This document shows positions 58,611 to 64,000 of a DNA stretch of 64,000 nt, in pieces. Where the stretch lies: positions 27,404,001-27,468,000 of the forward strand of contig NC_135666.1 in NCBI RefSeq assembly GCF_964188315.1, in the 5' to 3' direction. The first letter of the stretch is position 1; the number at the start of each line of letters is the position of its first letter. This DNA is from Podarcis muralis (taxonomy: Eukaryota). The position numbers and the translations under genes were made by a program. The notes below the pieces were generated by a model. It saw only the letters and a program-made list of their open reading frames with translations. It did not search any database and was not told where the DNA came from.

Positions 58611-60368
58611 ATTTTATGATCCTCTTGAAAGCATATTATGGTAACATGCTTTGCCCATGAACATCTCAATTTTGGGGGCGGGGGGGGGGGAGGAATAGGA
58701 GCTATGCTACATTAAGCACACATGCAAACCTGCCCTCTAGGAACACAGTCCTTGGAGTGCTGCATTCACTTGCCAGCATACACAATCCTCCTATACACAG
58801 CTGATCTTGAGTTAATGCTAATCAGTACACTGTAAGCAAAGAGAGAGATTATCCAGTTGCTCAGAGTCAAATAGTGCTAAGTATTGCTGATAAAGCAGCT
58901 CTTTATGGAATGATTTTAGATTAGAAATGGGGTGGGGAGAACCATCAATAAAATTTTCTCCCTGGAAAACTGGAGTGTAATCAACCAGCATGTAAATGCT
59001 ACTATAGTAACCAGACAACGAGGTTCTTTTTCAAGGTGAAACTGAACTGAGTTTCCAAGTCCTACAAAACATTACATAATAGACTTAAATATGTTATTTT
59101 GGGTGTGATCTAGTTCCAGAATTATGCTGCCTGGAGACTTTTAAGATTCGGGGAAAGCCTAGCTGTGCTGGAGGGATGCATCATATTGATATGCAGGCAA
59201 AACACTCTCAATATACTTGCCAAAGCTCTAACACTCTTGCTCTCAACGGTAAGGAGCACAGGGGAGGCACAGTCTCGGTGGGCAAAGGCCAGGCACATCA
59301 CTCCAACCACCATTAGCCAAATGCTCATGAGCACTTATGTTATCCAGAATCACAGCCCGGATGCACAAACAAGGCAAACAAGGCACCATCTACAACCACA
59401 GTACTTAGCTACAACCGCCACCAAGGAGTAGTAGGAGGAGGAAGCATACTCACTGGCACTTCTGTTTCTCCCTCACCATCCCAGCAGGCTCCTGTACCCC
59501 TACAAGCTTCATGGCAGATAGCAACACTTTCCTGTTACAAAACATGCATGACCAGCCCATGAAAACTTGATGCCAAAGGAAAACACCTTGTGGATATATT
59601 TTTGCATCAACCAATCCACGTATATGGAAGTAGTTGTAGCTACTCACATGCTTTATCAGCTTTTAAAGCTGCCACAATCATGCAATTAGTCACAGCTGGT
59701 ACAACAAGCCAGGCTAAACTTAGGAACAAATGAGATGCAATGCTATTCAGGCCAATAGCAATTGCATGGATAGCTGTAAATCACAGGAGTGGGACGGATC
59801 AGGATCCTGCGATGGAAATAAGGGGGTTTCAACCTCCCTGCTGTGGTTTGGATTGGGGGCGCTCTACCTGCTCTTTGCACTGGACAAAAAAAATAACCTC
59901 ATTGTCATAGAGAGTAGGGAAGCTTAGGGTTAAATGGTAGAAAATTGATAAAATATTTAAGATGACCCTCTTTGCACCTCAATAACTTAGTGGCCTTTCC
60001 TGCATCCATTCCTCACCCTTCCTAAATGAGCAACCAAGGTTGACCTTTGCGAACCTTGTTTCATCCCTGCCAACATGTGGATGCAGTGTAGGCCACTGTG
60101 TCAATTTCACAAGCAAAGACTAACAAAGGCTGGGTCTTGGGCCTTACTGTAGGCTCCTACTGCTCTGTGTTGAGTAGGTGGTGGCTGCTAACTAGCCACT
60201 GGACTATTCAGCTCTGGGTTTAACACCAGCATCAAAGCTGGGGCATTTGGGTGTCTAGGTAAGCTGTTCATTTTAGTGACTTCCCTGGGAGTGTGCCTGG
60301 GTACAGAGAATGGTAAGGACTCTCTTAAGGATACATCATGCTCCTATTTACTCATTCATTCTGTAGTT

Positions 60369-60491
60369 CAGGGGTAGGAAACTTGTGACCCTCCAGATAC
60401 TGGACCACAGCTCCCATCAGCCCCAGCCAATGGGAATGATGGGAGTTGCAGTATAGCAATTTCTGGAGGCTCAAGTAGTTCCCCATTCCTG
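60369..60491. mobile_element. hAT-like palindromic MITE
   Basis: CAGGGGTAGGAAAC...CCTCCAGAT...CTCCCATCA...TGATGGGAGTTG...GTTCCCCATTCCTG. Confidence 0.65.
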
Positions 60492-60912
60492 CACTAAAAA
60501 AACACAAAAGTGGGGGGGGGGGGAGGTTCCAATGTAATTCTTATCAGGAGAGTCTCTAAATTGTTCTTGGCAAATTATCCTTTTCTACATGGAAACGAAT
60601 CCATGTCAAAGAAGGCATAAAACACGCACTTTGGCTTTCCCCCCTCTTGTTCTTTGGTGATGATGTTTTAGTCTTCTTAACACACTATTATTTGTCAAGC
60701 TGCTCGCAAGATCCTGGAAAATCTCCAAAATGTATGTTGAGCCAGGCGATAATAGCATAGCTTTGGCACATACACTTACAGAAGTCTGTCATCATGGCAG
60801 AATACCCCCAAATATTTAACATGTCGATTTCCCAGAATTCGTGATTAGCAGATGGGTCCAGAGGAACAAAGCAAACATTACTCTTCCTATGAAATGGAAA
60901 GGGGTATGTGAG

Positions 60913-60915
<3 letters not shown>

Positions 60916-60954
<39 letters not shown>
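60916..60954. repeat. (GT)19 microsatellite
   Basis: Read directly from the sequence. Confidence 0.97.
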
Positions 60955-60956
<2 letters not shown>

Positions 60957-61801
60957 GATTTAAAACCCTCTTAGATAATTCACCAAATCTACTTCATTTC
61001 ACAGTGACTATATAGTCACCCCCATGTTTGGAAAGGTTGTCTGAATGTGACCACCCATACTTAGCTTGTGTCTTGCATTCCGAAGCTAACCTGTCAGATC
61101 TATTTTTAAAAGAAGCCACGTTTGTGCCTCTACAATTCCCTAACGACTGGTGTGAGTGTAAATATCCTTCCATCATATGCTGCAAAGCCGTTATTAAAAT
61201 ACATCTCAATACTCTTTCAAAGCTGTTTTTCCCCGCCCCTCTACAGCAGTTCTGTAAATAGTCTTTCTCTGAAGTGTTAGCATTTTATTGAAGTCGAGCT
61301 TGTATTGCTAAGGGGGATGAGAGGAGGTGCTTCTTGGGATATTAATTTTGTTGCAGCATTTTGGGTTTATTTATCATCCTGTTTATATGTCACACTTTTA
61401 GTTTATGGTTATGTTTTGCTTATTGGAACTGCCCAGAGCCCTGGAGTTAGAGACGTGCTGGACTGGTGGGCAAGTATTAATAAGGACAGAACAACACATA
61501 GAAGGAATCTTTTATAGTAATTCCCGTCTAAGCTATGACTGCATACACATCACACAGAGATTTCTAGAACTGGAACTATTTCTCAGTGTGATTAATCAAT
61601 CTCTTCAGTGCTTAAAAACAGCAACACCCAGATTTCAGATTAACCGAAAAGGAAATAATGTAATTTCCATTTACCACGCATCTCATCAAATGCTGACACC
61701 ATCCATTGCTATCTTTTTCAAATAAATGTATCAGAGGTTGATTGAACAGCCATGCTTTGTTGGTGCTGCAAAGTGGTTGGACTGCTAACATGCACCAAAC
61801 A

Positions 61802-62150
61802 CGTACCCTCCAACATTTCTCCAATGAAAATAGAGACATCCTATTCCATAATGATAATTTTAATATTTACACCTCACACATCTTACTGTGTTGCCCCAGC
61901 CACTCTGAGCAGCTTCCAATCTATATATAAAAACATAAGGAAACATAAAACATTTTTTATAAAAACTTCCCTATACAGGATTGCCTTCAGACAGCTCAGG
62001 GGTCGGATAGCTCCATACCCTCCAACATTTCTCCACTGAAAATAGGGACAACCTAAGGAAAAGTGGGACATTCTGGGGTCAAATCAGAGACTGGGATGGC
62101 TTCTCTAAATCAGAGAAGTCCTTGGAAAATAGGGACCCCTGGAGGGTCTG
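61802..62150. mobile_element. Composite MITE with a duplicated left end and an internal L2 3' fragment
   Basis: ACCCTCCAACATTTCTCCA.TGAAAATAG.GAC at 61802-61837 and 62014-62049. Right end GGAGGGTCTG. Flanked directly by CAAACA on both sides. Confidence 0.75.
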
Positions 62151-62199
62151 CAAACATATAAGCAAAAATAGGCACCCTTTTCCTCCAGGTGCTCTTCTC

Positions 62200-62430
62200 T
62201 GTGAGAGTTGGTTCCTCTGATGCTGGGAGAGGAGTGACAGACTGGGCCATGCTGGGGGTGCCTGCTTCAGGCCCCCTCAAAAACCTGTGCCTGAGGCCAC
62301 GACCCTCTGGCACCCCTCACACTATGCCCCTGCAGTCTGGTGAAGTCACCAGAGGAGGGCACAGAGCACAACCAGTGAAAGGCGTGGCCTATCCAGAGCA
62401 CATTTGGCCTCTGAGCCTGAGGTCCCTCAC
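62200..62430. mobile_element. Stacked right-end fragments of two hAT MITE families
   Basis: CACACTATGCCCCTG (as in the 18461 family), then GGCGTGGCC...GCACATTTGGCC...CCTGAGGTCCCTCAC (as in the 9838/22334 family). Confidence 0.45.
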
Positions 62431-64000
62431 TCACTTTAAGGACCAAAACGTAGAGTATCATAAAAGTGGTAGAAAATATTAGAAACGGCCACATTCTGAA
62501 TTTCAGCATCAAACGTTTATCTGAAGCTGAAACTTGATGGGTACTTTGCCCTTCTCCCTATCTAGGATTTGAGGTAGGGATGGCTAAACGGTTCCACTTG
62601 GATTTGTGCATCAAGGCCACCATGAAATGTCTTCTAATTCTTGGGTAAGTAGCAACTCAGGTCTGCTGGTGGCCACTGAAGAAGGAGCAGCTGCCATATT
62701 TATGTAATAGCACATGAATAACTTGCAGACGCTTCGATCTCCATATTACTGACCCAGACGAGGCAAATTTAATGCTTTAATTTATTAGTTTGATTGCTCA
62801 TATGGTATGCATGTATCTATATATACATATTTCTGTGCGTGTATGCATGTGTGTCCACACTCACAAACACTGGTTCATTGCAAAACATTGTGACAAACCG
62901 CAAGCATATTTTTCTGCAGCTAAAGCTTAAGCCTTATCACAGTCTGAAAATGTGGAAAATCAATTATATGGTCTGAATTATTCTTTTCTTTCTCTCTTTT
63001 CCTTTCTTAAGTGCAAGTTTCTTTTTCCTTTCAGAGTAGTGTGTGCTTCGTAACATCCGCCACTAACAAGCTGTTAGGACTTTTTGCTAAATTAATACAC
63101 TGGAAGTAAGCTAAACAGAAGGCTTGTGGAATTCCAAGCATTCACTTTCTCTTCTGTTGTGGCTGCCTTTCAGCTTGGGAACCTTCCGTCCTGTTGCTAT
63201 AACATCTGGACAACATTTGGGGCTGTCTCTCAAGCACACGGGGTGTGCACCGCCAGTGAATTTCAACTTTCAACATCTCCCTGCCTCTAATCTATATTTA
63301 ATGTTTCATGACTGGTAGTCAGAGAAACTTCAGCTAACTACCAGGTTGGAATGAAAATGATCCTTGGGAAAACAGTCATTTTTTTCCCTCCAGCCTATGC
63401 CAGCAAAGTATCTGTGACAGAGATGCTCCTTGGAGATTTGTAGCCCATTCACTCGCAGTAATAATAATTAAGACTCATGATTACTGTGCCCGCATAATCA
63501 AAGATTGCTTCATAAAATGTACTCCCTAAGGGGACAAATTTCTCTGTTCTTAACTGGATGTCAGTCATAAGGATCAGCACCCCTAGGGATCTCCAGTCTT
63601 TTGCCTGCCCTTTTCATTACTCCGTTGTTAGCATTGTATTATTCTTCTCGATGCAAATGAGTAGGTAATCATGTGTAAATCGTGCCCTCCAGAAGGCACA
63701 TGTAGCGAGTCACCCCCCCTTAAAAAAAAAATCTACCACAGGGATTTCTCACATAGAACATAATTACATCTCAGCCATATGGGCTCATTTATATTCTATT
63801 ACAGGTTAAGCTAATACGACTGCGAAATATGCTAAAAATACCTCAAAGTGTTATGAGTGCTGTCAAAACACTTGTCATTTCTCGCCTGCCTGTTTGATTG
63901 CTAGTGACTCTATATTTATTTAAGAATCCACAGAGCCAGGGAACCTAGGAAAACAAATTTGAGAGGCAATCTGAAATCAAGAAAGCTGGTCGCTGAAATG

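Noticed and set aside
59730-59927. ORF with a TM-like segment, considered as an endogenous viral glycoprotein remnant
   Set aside because: Short, surrounded by stops, no recognisable viral motifs, and the hydrophobic part overlaps a repeat fragment.
1040-60523. Several G/C homopolymer runs of 10 or more (e.g. 1040-1051, 3327-3336, about 56376, about 58680, about 60512)
   Set aside because: Scattered with no shared context, and homopolymer lengths are error-prone.
1-64000. CRISPR array, prokaryotic operon or foreign insert
   Set aside because: No repeat-spacer periodicity, no gene-dense segment and no compositional block inconsistent with a reptile genome.

Overview
Vertebrate genomic DNA, almost certainly from a squamate and probably a lacertid lizard (inferred from Sauria SINEs, BovB and the MITE families present). 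The only protein-coding gene I can support is the single-exon FZD1 (47851-49626, +, 591 aa). It lies in a CpG island and has a 163-N gap inside its CRD. By synteny and splice/polyA signals, the left part is most likely the last intron and non-coding terminal exon (about 23359-27720) of CDK14; no CDK14 coding exon was found. The rest is intronic or intergenic, with many LINE, SINE and MITE fragments (several with readable TSDs, some nested), one solo LTR, microsatellites and several candidate enhancers. There is no sign of a prokaryotic-type system. The most interesting observations are (1) a cap-proximal, Arg/Lys-rich uORF in the FZD1 leader that appears, from my recollection of the human mRNA, to be conserved; (2) a decayed acidic, Trp-rich reading frame inside the solo LTR; (3) a composite MITE carrying an L2 3' end with an apparent 6-bp TSD; and (4) a perfect 14-bp inverted motif pair in the FZD1 promoter. 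Family names and cross-species comparisons are from memory, not database searches.
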